Positions 29,137-38,252 are shown, counted from the first letter of the stretch. The stretch is 64,000 nucleotides of DNA from Acidobacteriota bacterium (GCA_046732935.1 JBKPOC010000087.1:40044-104043), one strand, 5' to 3'. Translations and numbers: made by a program. The notes: generated from the letters alone by a model not told the origin.

Positions 29137-30018
29137 CTAACTCCTGAGTTTCTCTGCAATCGTTAATAGTGAATCGAAGTCGGCGAGCAGTGAGTTAACA
29201 CGGTCGAGCGTGAGCTTGCCTGACATCAGATCCTCAAAAGCCTCACGTAATTTGGTGATATTGGTGCTTGCTGTCTTGAGTTCCTGCGCTGCCAAACTCA
29301 TTGTGAGAATCGAGCGACGGTTGTTGATCCATTCATCGGGCTTGGCGATCGGCGCTTTAGAAATCAGTGGCTCGATCACAAGGCGCTGTTCGCGCGTCAT
29401 CTGAATCAGGGTTAAATCGTGGGTAATTCGATCCGAGAGAACCTTTAACAATTCCTCTTGAAGCACAAGTTCTTCTTGGATCGTCTCCTTTCGGAGATTC
29501 AACTCGTTTTTGAGCGCGCTCCGAATCTTGGCGCTAACGATTGCTGACGTTATTGGCCCAGCCGCAGCGGCAAGTCCACTCGGCACGAATCCGCTTCCGC
29601 GGAGTTCGGCACTCACCTTGTTGAGGTTGCCAATGACTCCGGTTGTGCTCGAGCCAATCGCCTTTTGAGCACGTTCCGGCGCATTTGAAGTCGCTAATTC
29701 GTATAGAAGTCCAAAATAACGAGACAGCAACTTGACGTGTTGCCGGAGCAGGGTGATCAACTTAAGCAGCTTCTCATCCTCAGAAGACAGGTTTCGGTAC
29801 TTCTCGAGGGACAGATTCGTTAATGCGTCGTCCTGAAGCAGTCTCTCCGAATTCGTGTCGATGTCTATCTCTTGAGTTGCTATCAGCAATCGGTCCATGG
29901 CAGCGGCGTAAGTGGTACCGGCCTGCGCCAGATTTGCGTATTCTTTTGTTGACTTACAGCTCGTCGCAAACGTGACGAAAACGACGAAAACAAGGATCAT
30001 CGAGACGTGGCGCCTCAT
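29137..30018 (-). CDS. Helical lipoprotein of unknown function
   Basis: GAGGAGG Shine-Dalgarno. Lipobox-like leader MILVFVVFVTFATSC. Long predicted coiled-coil/helical segments. No recognisable family. Confidence 0.6.
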   Translation of the reverse strand: MRRHVSMILVFVVFVTFATSCKSTKEYANLAQAGTTYAAAMDRLLIATQEIDIDTNSERLLQDDALTNLSLEKYRNLSSEDEKLLKLITLLRQHVKLLSRYFGLLYELATSNAPERAQKAIGSSTTGVIGNLNKVSAELRGSGFVPSGLAAAAGPITSAIVSAKIRSALKNELNLRKETIQEELVLQEELLKVLSDRITHDLTLIQMTREQRLVIEPLISKAPIAKPDEWINNRRSILTMSLAAQELKTASTNITKLREAFEDLMSGKLTLDRVNSLLADFDSLLTIAEKLRS

Positions 30019-30193
30019 GTGGGTTCCTCCTCAAAAAGAACGGGTAGCCATTATGAATGCCAGAAAGGTGAGAAACATTTCGGCGACACTGATGAACCGT
30101 TTCAGGGTGGGCAAAGGCGATTGACCACTATTACTCAATGAAGCCAGATTATTAAGCGGGTAATGAGAGCGCGGTGGGGCGCTCACCGTGTGA

Positions 30194-31036
30194 TTACGTG
30201 GTGCGGGCGTCGACCATGATCATGAAGCAGTTCCCTGTCCTGATGCTCGTCGGCTTTTTACAGGCGCCGTTGCGTTCCGCGATGCTGATTTGCTGCTGTG
30301 GATCGAGCCCGGCCGGCAGGTTCGTGTCGAGCGGGAAACAAGCTTCCGACGTGTCCGCGAGTTTCAGATCGATTGCCGGGAACAAGCGAATCATTCCCTC
30401 GAAAGCGTGCATGGCGTGATCCGGAATCACCATCGCGCTTGGTTCCGCAAAGACGTGGAAGTTGATGATCGACGGCGGCTTCTTTTGCGTCATCCATGGC
30501 TTGAAAGGTTCCAAACGGAGATTGGCGTAATCGACAACGTGGTATCGCATGACCTGAACCGTCGGGAATGACGAGATAGAAGCAGTTTTCACTGCGTCGC
30601 GTCCGGAGAATGACGCCCTTGCATATCGCATAGGGATCATTTGCGCCGGAAAAGGCAAGCGGATCAGACAGAAGCTTTGCGCTATGTTGAAGGCGTTGAC
30701 ACCGGAAAGCAGCAACATTTTATCCATTGGCATCGCCGGCAATCGACCCGGACGCGTCACATCGCTCACTCCGGACAAGCGATACCATTCGCCCTCGCGC
30801 AGTTGCTCTTCCTGTTTCCAAAGACCGGCAAGATATACGTGGTCCTGGACCTTGGGAGTAACGACAGCAATGTAGTCATTCATAATGACGAACGCGAACA
30901 ATCCGTGAAACCAGAGACAAAGATCGGTCGTTGGTGTGTTGCTCTGAGCAATTGCCCGTTCGAGCGGGCTCAGCGCTGAGACTAGCGGCGCGGCGGCCAC
31001 GCCTTTTAACAAACTGCGTCGCGTGATTTGATTCAT
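30194..31036 (-). CDS. Tat-exported hypothetical protein
   Basis: Start trimmed to the ATG at 31036 behind AGGAG. Twin-arginine leader MNQITRRSLLKGVAAAPLVSAL. The mature part has no motif I recognise. Confidence 0.6.
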   Translation of the reverse strand: MNQITRRSLLKGVAAAPLVSALSPLERAIAQSNTPTTDLCLWFHGLFAFVIMNDYIAVVTPKVQDHVYLAGLWKQEEQLREGEWYRLSGVSDVTRPGRLPAMPMDKMLLLSGVNAFNIAQSFCLIRLPFPAQMIPMRYARASFSGRDAVKTASISSFPTVQVMRYHVVDYANLRLEPFKPWMTQKKPPSIINFHVFAEPSAMVIPDHAMHAFEGMIRLFPAIDLKLADTSEACFPLDTNLPAGLDPQQQISIAERNGACKKPTSIRTGNCFMIMVDARTT

Positions 31037-31085
31037 AGGAGGCTCCTTTGAAGGTTGGTTGAGTGAATAGTGAATTCTGGGTTCA

Positions 31086-34000
31086 CTACTGACCGAAGAC
31101 ACTGAACGCTGCCCAGTAATACGGATGCTGGGTTTCGGCATTCGCACGCAACTGAAGTTCTGCCACTCTTTCAGAAGATACTACCGAAGCGCCACCCAGC
31201 AATTGGTCATAAAAGATCTGCATGAACCGGGCGGTGATCTTCGAATCCACGTTCCAGCGCGTCGCAAGCACCTGCGACACACCGGCGCGCAGAAACAGGT
31301 TAACAAGACTTTCAGCACTACCCTCGCCGGCATTGTCGTCCTTTGCCGTGGAACAAGCAGAGAAGACCGCCAGTTGAATGTTACTCAAGTTCAGCGACCC
31401 GACGCCGTTGCTGTCTAAGATCGCTGTGTCGCTTGCGGCGCCGTCGTTTTGGGACTCAGATTTCGCAAGCAAGAGGCCTACGTGTTCTGAGCCACTCAAC
31501 GCATGCCCGGCGAAATGAAAGATCTCGGCCTGCGGCAGTGCGTGCCGGACTGTATCCAGCGTTGCACGGCGACCGGTAAGCAGAGTGGGAGTCTGAAACT
31601 TCGCGCCGACGTAGTTGGCTTCCTGAAGTGCGTCTCCCAACGGCTCGAGAGTTTCCGCCAGCTCTCCGGTTAAAGCAGGAGAGCCGACGATCAGGGCTTT
31701 CTTGCTCGATAAAATGTTCGTCGTCGCCGGACGAAACGATCGCCGCTGAAGCATCCCGCGCGACAAGACAATGTCGTACAGATCTCCAAGATAACGATCG
31801 TGCGGATCGAGCAGAGCGTTCAAGGGAATGTTGGCAATCGCCTGGTCCGTTTCGACGACCAGTGTATTTGAATTGCCCGCAGGTAAACGATCCGATACCG
31901 GCCCAATCAACAGATCGTAAAGCTGGCGCGCATTCTTTTTGAGCGCCGCGAGATCAGAATTCGGATTGGCACATTGCTCGGAGAACCTCTGTCCGAGACG
32001 CTGTAGTTCGTCATCGGAGACGTCGATCTGCTTTCCCGTCACGCCCTGTTTGTCTATCACCCAGATCAGCAGCCGCTTGGGAGTTTGGAGATAGACCAAC
32101 ACGGTCCTGTCAGCGAGTTCGGACGGCGCGGGGATTTCAGGCATTGCGGGCAAAGAAGATCCACCGAGACTGGCAAGATCGATGTCCTCTGAACCACGCG
32201 AGCTTTCAGCCGCTGCTTCTTTGCGAACGGCAGCGCCGCGATACCACTCCCAAACCGCTAACGCCTTCTCGACGTCATTCGACTCCCAGCGATTTTCGGC
32301 GACGGCTCGATAGACGTCACGCGTGTCGCGGACCCACACTTCACGTTCGCGTTCATCTCGCAGCGAAGCCAGTCCTCGCTCGGTCACCGCTAAGGCTGCA
32401 CTGAATGCCTTTTCCGACTCCGCTTGATCGCCCTGCAAATGCTCCATCTCGCCAAGGGTCCTGAAAAAGTTAAGGGCCGTGTAGTAGCGCGCCGTCTTGG
32501 GAATTTGCGTTCGCGCGGTAGACAAATGCGTCCGCGACTGGGCCAGGTTTCCTCGTTCCGCTTCGAGTCTGGCGAGTTCGATCTCACCGTCAGCCTGGTA
32601 GTTTCTCGTCACGTCGGTTTGCGGTAGAGAGGCGAAGAGCTGGCGCGCGCGATCGAATTCGGCGATTGCGAGGGCCGGATCGTTTGCCTGAATCGCGGTC
32701 TTGGCCAATCGATGTCGCGCGAACGCTTCTCCCAGTCGTTGCGGGCTGAGCGCAATCGCGGCGACCGCTTCCTTCGCGAGGATAAGCGCGAAGTTCCATT
32801 GCTCGCGCTTCTCAGCGTGGAAGCCAAGATCAGAATAAAACTGGTAAGCACGTATCGGCGGGTAAACGCCCTCCCAATAGCGCTCCAGCCCTTCGCGGTC
32901 GAGCGCCGCGCCGGCAGCGGTGTTTCCCTGGTTGGCTTGCTGCGCCGCGGCCAGGCCGAGTGCGCGAAGCGACACCGTGTCGTATCCTGACTTGCGTGCC
33001 AAATCCAAAGACGTTTCTATCAACTGCTTCGACTCGCTGAATCGGCCCGTTTGTCCGATACAAAGCGACCGCTCCATGAAGAGCTGGATCTGGATCCAGC
33101 GGTATTGACCTACGTTGCGCATCAGATCGATGCCGGCAAGACATTCGGTGCCCTGGCCGGAGCGATCGAGCGCGTAGACTTTTTCCAACTGAGCACGAAG
33201 TTCGCCGGCCGCGCTGCCGCTGTCGTGGAAGAGTTGTTGTGATCGAGTCGCGGTGGTCTCCGCGCGTGCAAAGTCCCCGGTTGCATTTGCGTTAGCAGCT
33301 TCGGCGAGCGCCGAGATCGCGGCGGAGAAACTCGTCGAACGCGGTGTTGTCAGCAAATCTGAAAGCCATGGATCCTGATGAGCCTCGCGCACCATTGCCG
33401 CCAGACGTGAAAGGGCTTCGCCGGCAGCGGACCCGTCGGCGTTCATCGCGGCCGGTAACCACTCGCGAACGGCAACATCCAGGTAATCCTCGGTACGGCG
33501 TTGCACGGCACTCTGGTCGATTTGGTTAACGAAGGCGGCCGGATCGAGTAACGGCTCAGTAGCGCTGCGCGTCTCTTCATTTAGTTTCTGTCGCAGAGTA
33601 TTAACGTGTTGATTTGCTTCGTTGGCCCACTCGCTCTTCGAATCCAATCTCAAGTAGTGTTCCCAATCTTCCAGCGCCTGCCGGTACAGGAACATCTTTT
33701 CGTTGACGAGGGCGCGATTGAAACGAGCGATCGGTTCGTCGGGGTTCTTTGCGAGCACCTGGCTGAGTAGCTCGATCGCGCGTCCGTAATCGCTGACGCG
33801 ATCGGCCAACTCGGCTCGCTGGAAATAAGCGGAGGCCATGTCCGTCTGCAAAGAAGTCGAGTTCGCTTCGACGTCCAACGCCTTTTGAAAGCTCTGGATC
33901 GCCGCGTCGTAGTTCCCTTCCAACAGATCGGCTCGACCTTTCGCTTGTAACCAGGCGGGGCTGTTTGGTTGTTTTGCAAGAGTGCGCGCGATTGCGGCTT

Positions 34001-34580
34001 CGGCTTCCAACAGAGCGGGAGGTCTGTTGAGTCGTGAGTCACCAGAGCCACGTTCGACGCGGACCGGTCCATGCTGCGCTCCCTGGAACCGAAGCTCGAG
34101 ATTGCGGCGTTCGCCGTAGGCCTGGGCCAGTAACTTATCCGGTGTTTGCGAAAAATAACCGGTGACCAGCGGAAACAACATCACGCCCGCAACCACCGCA
34201 GCAGCCGCGCCGAGGGCCCACACCGGCCATTTCGGCAACGTCATCCATCCTGTCAGCCGTTCACGGAAGCCAACCGTCTTGTGTTTTTTGAGCCTTTTTG
34301 TGGCTAAATGACGTGCAAATCGTTTTTGCCACGCCGGGTCAGAAGTCTGGAGTTGCGAGAGGATTTGTTCTTCCTGAGGCGTAAACTCGTCGTCAAAGTC
34401 CGCGCTTGCTTCTCGCATTAACGGTCCACAGTGGTCGCAACCCGCCGCGTGCCGCAAATACTCGCCGGCTTTTTCCGGTTCGACTTGCCCCGCCACGACC
34501 AGGGGCCAATCGGTCGCCGAGGGACAGTCAGCGCCTGGAGCTGTCGTGCCGGAAGTCTTTAATCGATCGAGGATGTCCAT
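31086..34580 (-). CDS. Anti-sigma factor (zf-HC2) fused through one TM helix to TPR repeats and a C-terminal CHAT (caspase-like) domain
   Basis: HAAGCDHC (HxxxCxxC) at nt 34428-34451. TM helix WPVWALGAAAAVVAGVMLFPLV. Multiple TPR-like units. The C-terminal CHAT hallmarks are IFHFAGHAL, LAVFSACSTA and PYYWAAFSVFGQ. Confidence 0.8.
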   Translation of the reverse strand: MDILDRLKTSGTTAPGADCPSATDWPLVVAGQVEPEKAGEYLRHAAGCDHCGPLMREASADFDDEFTPQEEQILSQLQTSDPAWQKRFARHLATKRLKKHKTVGFRERLTGWMTLPKWPVWALGAAAAVVAGVMLFPLVTGYFSQTPDKLLAQAYGERRNLELRFQGAQHGPVRVERGSGDSRLNRPPALLEAEAAIARTLAKQPNSPAWLQAKGRADLLEGNYDAAIQSFQKALDVEANSTSLQTDMASAYFQRAELADRVSDYGRAIELLSQVLAKNPDEPIARFNRALVNEKMFLYRQALEDWEHYLRLDSKSEWANEANQHVNTLRQKLNEETRSATEPLLDPAAFVNQIDQSAVQRRTEDYLDVAVREWLPAAMNADGSAAGEALSRLAAMVREAHQDPWLSDLLTTPRSTSFSAAISALAEAANANATGDFARAETTATRSQQLFHDSGSAAGELRAQLEKVYALDRSGQGTECLAGIDLMRNVGQYRWIQIQLFMERSLCIGQTGRFSESKQLIETSLDLARKSGYDTVSLRALGLAAAQQANQGNTAAGAALDREGLERYWEGVYPPIRAYQFYSDLGFHAEKREQWNFALILAKEAVAAIALSPQRLGEAFARHRLAKTAIQANDPALAIAEFDRARQLFASLPQTDVTRNYQADGEIELARLEAERGNLAQSRTHLSTARTQIPKTARYYTALNFFRTLGEMEHLQGDQAESEKAFSAALAVTERGLASLRDEREREVWVRDTRDVYRAVAENRWESNDVEKALAVWEWYRGAAVRKEAAAESSRGSEDIDLASLGGSSLPAMPEIPAPSELADRTVLVYLQTPKRLLIWVIDKQGVTGKQIDVSDDELQRLGQRFSEQCANPNSDLAALKKNARQLYDLLIGPVSDRLPAGNSNTLVVETDQAIANIPLNALLDPHDRYLGDLYDIVLSRGMLQRRSFRPATTNILSSKKALIVGSPALTGELAETLEPLGDALQEANYVGAKFQTPTLLTGRRATLDTVRHALPQAEIFHFAGHALSGSEHVGLLLAKSESQNDGAASDTAILDSNGVGSLNLSNIQLAVFSACSTAKDDNAGEGSAESLVNLFLRAGVSQVLATRWNVDSKITARFMQIFYDQLLGGASVVSSERVAELQLRANAETQHPYYWAAFSVFGQ

Positions 34581-34607
34581 GCCAGCTTAAACTACGATTT
34601 TGGGGGC

Positions 34608-35276
34608 TCAAATCCTTTTTGACACCATTCGCGTCCGGATCATCTTCGTGACGCGAAAGATGGTGCTTTCCACGCCTTTCATCGTTAATCCGATTGTGGG
34701 CAGAGAGGCTATGGCTTTCGTCGTAAATCCCTGCCGGTAATAGAGCCAGAAGATTGTTCGGTCTCGGTCCGCTGTTTCCCCTGAAAGACTCGCGCTTAGA
34801 TGAGCGTCGATCTCTCGCAACAGGATCTCGCGCTCCATTGCATGCTCACTTCCCGAAACGTCGCTGTCGCCGCTTCGATTTTCGAGGATCGTCACGTCTT
34901 CCACGATTTGACTGCCACCGCGTTTTTCTGAATGCAACGCCTTGAAGCGGTCGTGAACGATGTTCGCGCTTATGACCTTCAGGTATCCATAGATGGCGTC
35001 CGGGTGCTTGGGATCGTAGGCACGTAACAGGCGGTAGTCGTCGGCGCAGAGTTTCAGGTAAGTTTCCTGGACCAGATCGTCCAACGTCGTGGACGACGCT
35101 TCTCCCCACTTCTGGGCCGTGCGAAACACTACGCCCGCGATTAGGCGTTGATAGCGGCGCATGAATTCCTCCCACGCCGCCACCTCGCCGTCAATACACA
35201 TTTCGATGAGCGACTCAGGGCTTAGCTGTGCAAACGACACGGTGCGCGTCTGGGATTCCATCTTCTCAGACTTCAT
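34608..35276 (-). CDS. ECF-type RNA polymerase sigma-70 family factor
   Basis: Region 2 (FMRRYQRLIAGVV...DDLVQETYLKL) and region 4 HTH (RTIFWLYYRQGFTTKAIASLPTIGLTMKGVESTIFRV). The stop codon is 27 nt upstream of the anti-sigma start. Start trimmed to the ATG at 35276; 35261 is also possible. Confidence 0.85.
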   Translation of the reverse strand: MKSEKMESQTRTVSFAQLSPESLIEMCIDGEVAAWEEFMRRYQRLIAGVVFRTAQKWGEASSTTLDDLVQETYLKLCADDYRLLRAYDPKHPDAIYGYLKVISANIVHDRFKALHSEKRGGSQIVEDVTILENRSGDSDVSGSEHAMEREILLREIDAHLSASLSGETADRDRTIFWLYYRQGFTTKAIASLPTIGLTMKGVESTIFRVTKMIRTRMVSKRI

Positions 35277-35392
35277 GTTGTCCCTTGAAAACAGACTGGC
35301 AAACGAGCGGGTTCGGGAGTGAGTATGAGGCCAGAGGCCCTGCAGGTGGAAGCGCGGACGCGATGAGGAGATAGAATTTCGCCGGTTGTGGC

Positions 35393-36223
35393 CTATTTGG
35401 CTTTGGCGAGCCAAAAGCGGCCGTTCGCAAGGTCAAGTGTGATGACGTATTGACTCATGAAGGGTTGGCCCAGGTTGCCATCCATGATCATGTCGGTCAC
35501 AAGCACCGGGCTGTCGATGGGAACGCCCGGAGCGGCGTCGAACTTCAGCCGCTGCTCCTTGACGTCGGGCTGGAGTCCGAAGACTTTGGCATGGTCCTTC
35601 GAGATCAGTGAAACGCCGCCCGCGCCGGAATCCAGGATCAACCACGTCATTCCTTCAGGCGTCGGCACGCCCAGGAAAGCGCTCAGACATCTGGCGGAAC
35701 ATTCACGTGAAATACGGAACGGCAGTTCTTTCATCGTCTTCGTCCGTTTGTTGAGACTGGCTCGCGTCTCGATGGTCAGCGTCCCGGCGATCTGATCGAG
35801 TGTGATGGCCTTGCCGTCGAACGCGTCGAGCGAAAGCAGTCCGTCCGGGGTTTTGTCGCCGGCGAAACGTTCGCCGAAATCAATCTTGCCAATGTTGACC
35901 GGCGTAAGCGCCACTTCGCCGGCAGTGATCTGTACGTTGTCGCAATGCGGGCCATCACTCCTGTGGCCGAACATGTCGTACCCCGTGGTTCGTCCCCAGA
36001 ACTTGCAGTCGAGGGACTTCGAGAACTGCTCAGTCAGCAGTGTGACGCCACCGCCTGTGTCCAGCAGGAAGTCGCCAGGCTTGCCTTTAACGGTGACGTG
36101 CACTTTCCATAAAGCCTTACGGAAGCGCTGGAGTTTGATGACTTGCGGCTGGCCCGCAGTCTTGCCTGCGACCGGGAAAACTAAGAATAAACTGATGACG
36201 AGCGCGGTGGTTAGTTTCTGCAT
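35393..36223 (-). CDS. Secreted two-lobed retropepsin-like (clan AA) aspartic protease
   Basis: Signal peptide MQKLTTALVISLFLVFPVAG. Two aspartic-protease signatures, FLLDTGGGVTLLT and LILDSGAGGVSLIS, are spaced about 140 aa apart. A GTG start at 36244 is an alternative. Confidence 0.65.
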   Translation of the reverse strand: MQKLTTALVISLFLVFPVAGKTAGQPQVIKLQRFRKALWKVHVTVKGKPGDFLLDTGGGVTLLTEQFSKSLDCKFWGRTTGYDMFGHRSDGPHCDNVQITAGEVALTPVNIGKIDFGERFAGDKTPDGLLSLDAFDGKAITLDQIAGTLTIETRASLNKRTKTMKELPFRISRECSARCLSAFLGVPTPEGMTWLILDSGAGGVSLISKDHAKVFGLQPDVKEQRLKFDAAPGVPIDSPVLVTDMIMDGNLGQPFMSQYVITLDLANGRFWLAKAK

Positions 36224-36343
36224 ACTTGTCGGCTTCTCATACACAATCTGTTCTAAATCTGGCTGTGACGATCTTCTACTGTATGGCCTGTCCTAAATAA
36301 AACCAACTGCACGCGATTTGTATGTAAGCCGGGATTTTGAAAG

Positions 36344-37561
36344 ATGAAAAAGATTCTCGAAATCGCGCTAGGGATCGTGACGAGTGTCGGCGGCTTTTTG
36401 GAGATCGGGTCGATTGCAACGGCAGCGCAGGCAGGCGCCGATTTTAGCCTTCAACTGATCTGGGCCATCGTACTCGGAGGACTCTGCATCATCTTCCTGG
36501 TCGAACAGGCCGGCCGGTTCTCCGCCGTCAGCGGACGAACCATTCCTGACGCCATTCGCGAACGCTTCGGATTCAACTACTTCGCCTTCCTTTATCTCGT
36601 TCTCGCACTGGTGTCGCTACTCGTTCTTTCAGCCGAGATCGGCGGCGTCTGCATCGCTCTCGAACTCGCCACCGGGATCGGTTTTCAGTGGTGGGCCATA
36701 CCGGCTGCATTCGTGATCTGGCTCGTGCTGTGGAAGGGAACGTTTGGCGTGATCGAGAAGGGCGTCTCGCTGCTCGGCCTCGTCACGCTTGCTTTCGTCG
36801 TCGGCGCATTCCTGTTCAATCCACAGTGGGGGCAAGTCGCGAAGAGCGCGTTGCCGTCGCTGCCGCAGCATGACGCGGTGCATTACTGGTTCGTCGCAGT
36901 CTCGATTCTCGGCGCTTCGATCTCACCTTACCTGTTTTTCTTCTACTCCTCCGGCGCGATTGAAGACGAGTGGAAAGAGGATCACGTCGGAATCAATCGC
37001 ATCATCGCGACAGGCGGGATGAGCTTCGGATCCGTCATCTCGATTTCCGTTCTGATACTGGCCGCGATGATATTTGCACCGCAGGGCGTGAAGTTCGAAC
37101 ACTATTCGCAACTGCCGACACTGCTGACGCCCATCTTCGGTCACTGGGGATTCTGGTTAGTCGTGGCTTCGGTGGGAATTGCCTGCATGGGCGCTGCGAT
37201 GGAGATCACTCTTCAGATGGCCTACTTCACCGCGCAGGGCTTTGGCTGGAACTGGAGTGAGAACCAACCGCCAAAAGCTGAAGCACGTTTCGCGACTGCT
37301 TACACGGTCACGCTAATTCTGGGCGCACTCTCGAACATCGTCGGCATCGACCCGTTGAAGTTGACGATCTTTTCGATGACGGCGACCGCGGCAACTCTGC
37401 CGGTATCGATCGTGCCTTTTCTGTTTCTGATGAACGACTACAGCTACGTGCGTGTCCATCGTAACGGCTGGTTATCGAATACAGTCGTGATTGCGATTAT
37501 CAGTCTCGCGTTCCTGCTGGCTTTAGTGTCGATCCCGTTACAGATCTTCGGAGGCAACTGA
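36344..37561 (+). CDS. NRAMP-family-like transporter with non-canonical metal-site motifs
   Basis: An 11-TM-like protein whose N-terminus aligns by eye with NRAMP TM1 (GGFLEIGSIATAAQAGADFSLQLIWAIVL...VEQAGRFSAVSGRTIPD) and TM6 (ILGASISPYLFFFYSSGAI). It carries EIGS in place of DPGN and SPY in place of MPH. Confidence 0.65.
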   Translation: MKKILEIALGIVTSVGGFLEIGSIATAAQAGADFSLQLIWAIVLGGLCIIFLVEQAGRFSAVSGRTIPDAIRERFGFNYFAFLYLVLALVSLLVLSAEIGGVCIALELATGIGFQWWAIPAAFVIWLVLWKGTFGVIEKGVSLLGLVTLAFVVGAFLFNPQWGQVAKSALPSLPQHDAVHYWFVAVSILGASISPYLFFFYSSGAIEDEWKEDHVGINRIIATGGMSFGSVISISVLILAAMIFAPQGVKFEHYSQLPTLLTPIFGHWGFWLVVASVGIACMGAAMEITLQMAYFTAQGFGWNWSENQPPKAEARFATAYTVTLILGALSNIVGIDPLKLTIFSMTATAATLPVSIVPFLFLMNDYSYVRVHRNGWLSNTVVIAIISLAFLLALVSIPLQIFGGN

Positions 37562-37917
37562 TGAATTTAGTCAGAGACTGTCTCGACAAGCAGATCGAGG
37601 ATAGTCAGAAGCGCCGCATGGGCCGCGTGGATGGGATCGTGCTGGAGATTGAACCGGGCCGTCCGCCGCGCGTCGCGTATGTTGAGTTGGGTGTCAAGAC
37701 GCTGATGAACCGTTTGAGCGTGCGTTTGGGAAACTGGATTGCCCATTATCTGGAGAGCATGCATATCAAGTCGAAGCCTTATCGCATTGCGTGGGGCAAG
37801 CTGCGAGTTGGTCTGAATCATGTCGAGGCGGACGTCGAAGCCGAGAAGACGCCGGCGTTGGAATGGGAGGTTTGGCTGCGAGAAAACGTGATTCGACGAA
37901 TTCCAGGGGGTGGGTGA
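37561..37917 (+). CDS. PRC-barrel-like small protein
   Basis: TGATG overlap with the transporter gene. CLDKQIEDSQKRRMGRVDGIVLEIEPGRPPRVAYVELG fits the PRC-barrel pattern (G..iG.V.d...d). Confidence 0.5.
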   Translation: MNLVRDCLDKQIEDSQKRRMGRVDGIVLEIEPGRPPRVAYVELGVKTLMNRLSVRLGNWIAHYLESMHIKSKPYRIAWGKLRVGLNHVEADVEAEKTPALEWEVWLRENVIRRIPGGG

Positions 37918-38243
37918 TGAGACACGAGCTACACGTTGAACTGTTGTTGGGCGAGAAAGTCTTCGCGATGAACGGGCAGCCGATAGGGCGCTTGGAAGAC
38001 ATCCGCACCGAGGTCAACAGGGGCCACTACTTCGTGTCGGAGTTTCTGGTTGGAAGTTACGCGGTGCTGGAACGGCTCGCAGCGTGGCGCATCGGACGCG
38101 CCGTGTTGCGTGTATTGCACGCGAAACGGAAAGAAGGTTACCGGATACGTTGGGACCAGCTCGACCTTTCGGACCCGGAGCGACTGCGTTTGCTCTGCGA
38201 CGTCGACGATCTAATGCCGCTCAGCGAAGAGCCGTATTCGTGA
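37917..38243 (+). CDS. PRC-barrel-like small protein
   Basis: TGATGA overlap with the previous gene. LLLGEKVFAMNGQPIGRLEDIRTEVNRGHYFVSEFLVG fits the PRC-barrel pattern. The tracked start (37791) is over-extended. Confidence 0.5.
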   Translation: MRHELHVELLLGEKVFAMNGQPIGRLEDIRTEVNRGHYFVSEFLVGSYAVLERLAAWRIGRAVLRVLHAKRKEGYRIRWDQLDLSDPERLRLLCDVDDLMPLSEEPYS

Positions 38244-38252
38244 GAAAGAGGT

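Noticed and set aside
30160-30193. A short hairpin, GAGCGC-N6-GCGCTC (30167-30184), downstream of the Tat-protein gene, considered as an intrinsic terminator.
   Set aside because: The stem is only 6 bp and there is no U-run on the minus-strand transcript, which is too weak to call.
36245-36343. Looked for a metal-sensing riboswitch (for example yybP-ykoY type) upstream of the NRAMP-like gene.
   Set aside because: The gap is only ~100 nt and shows no conserved riboswitch-like helices or motifs that I can recognise.
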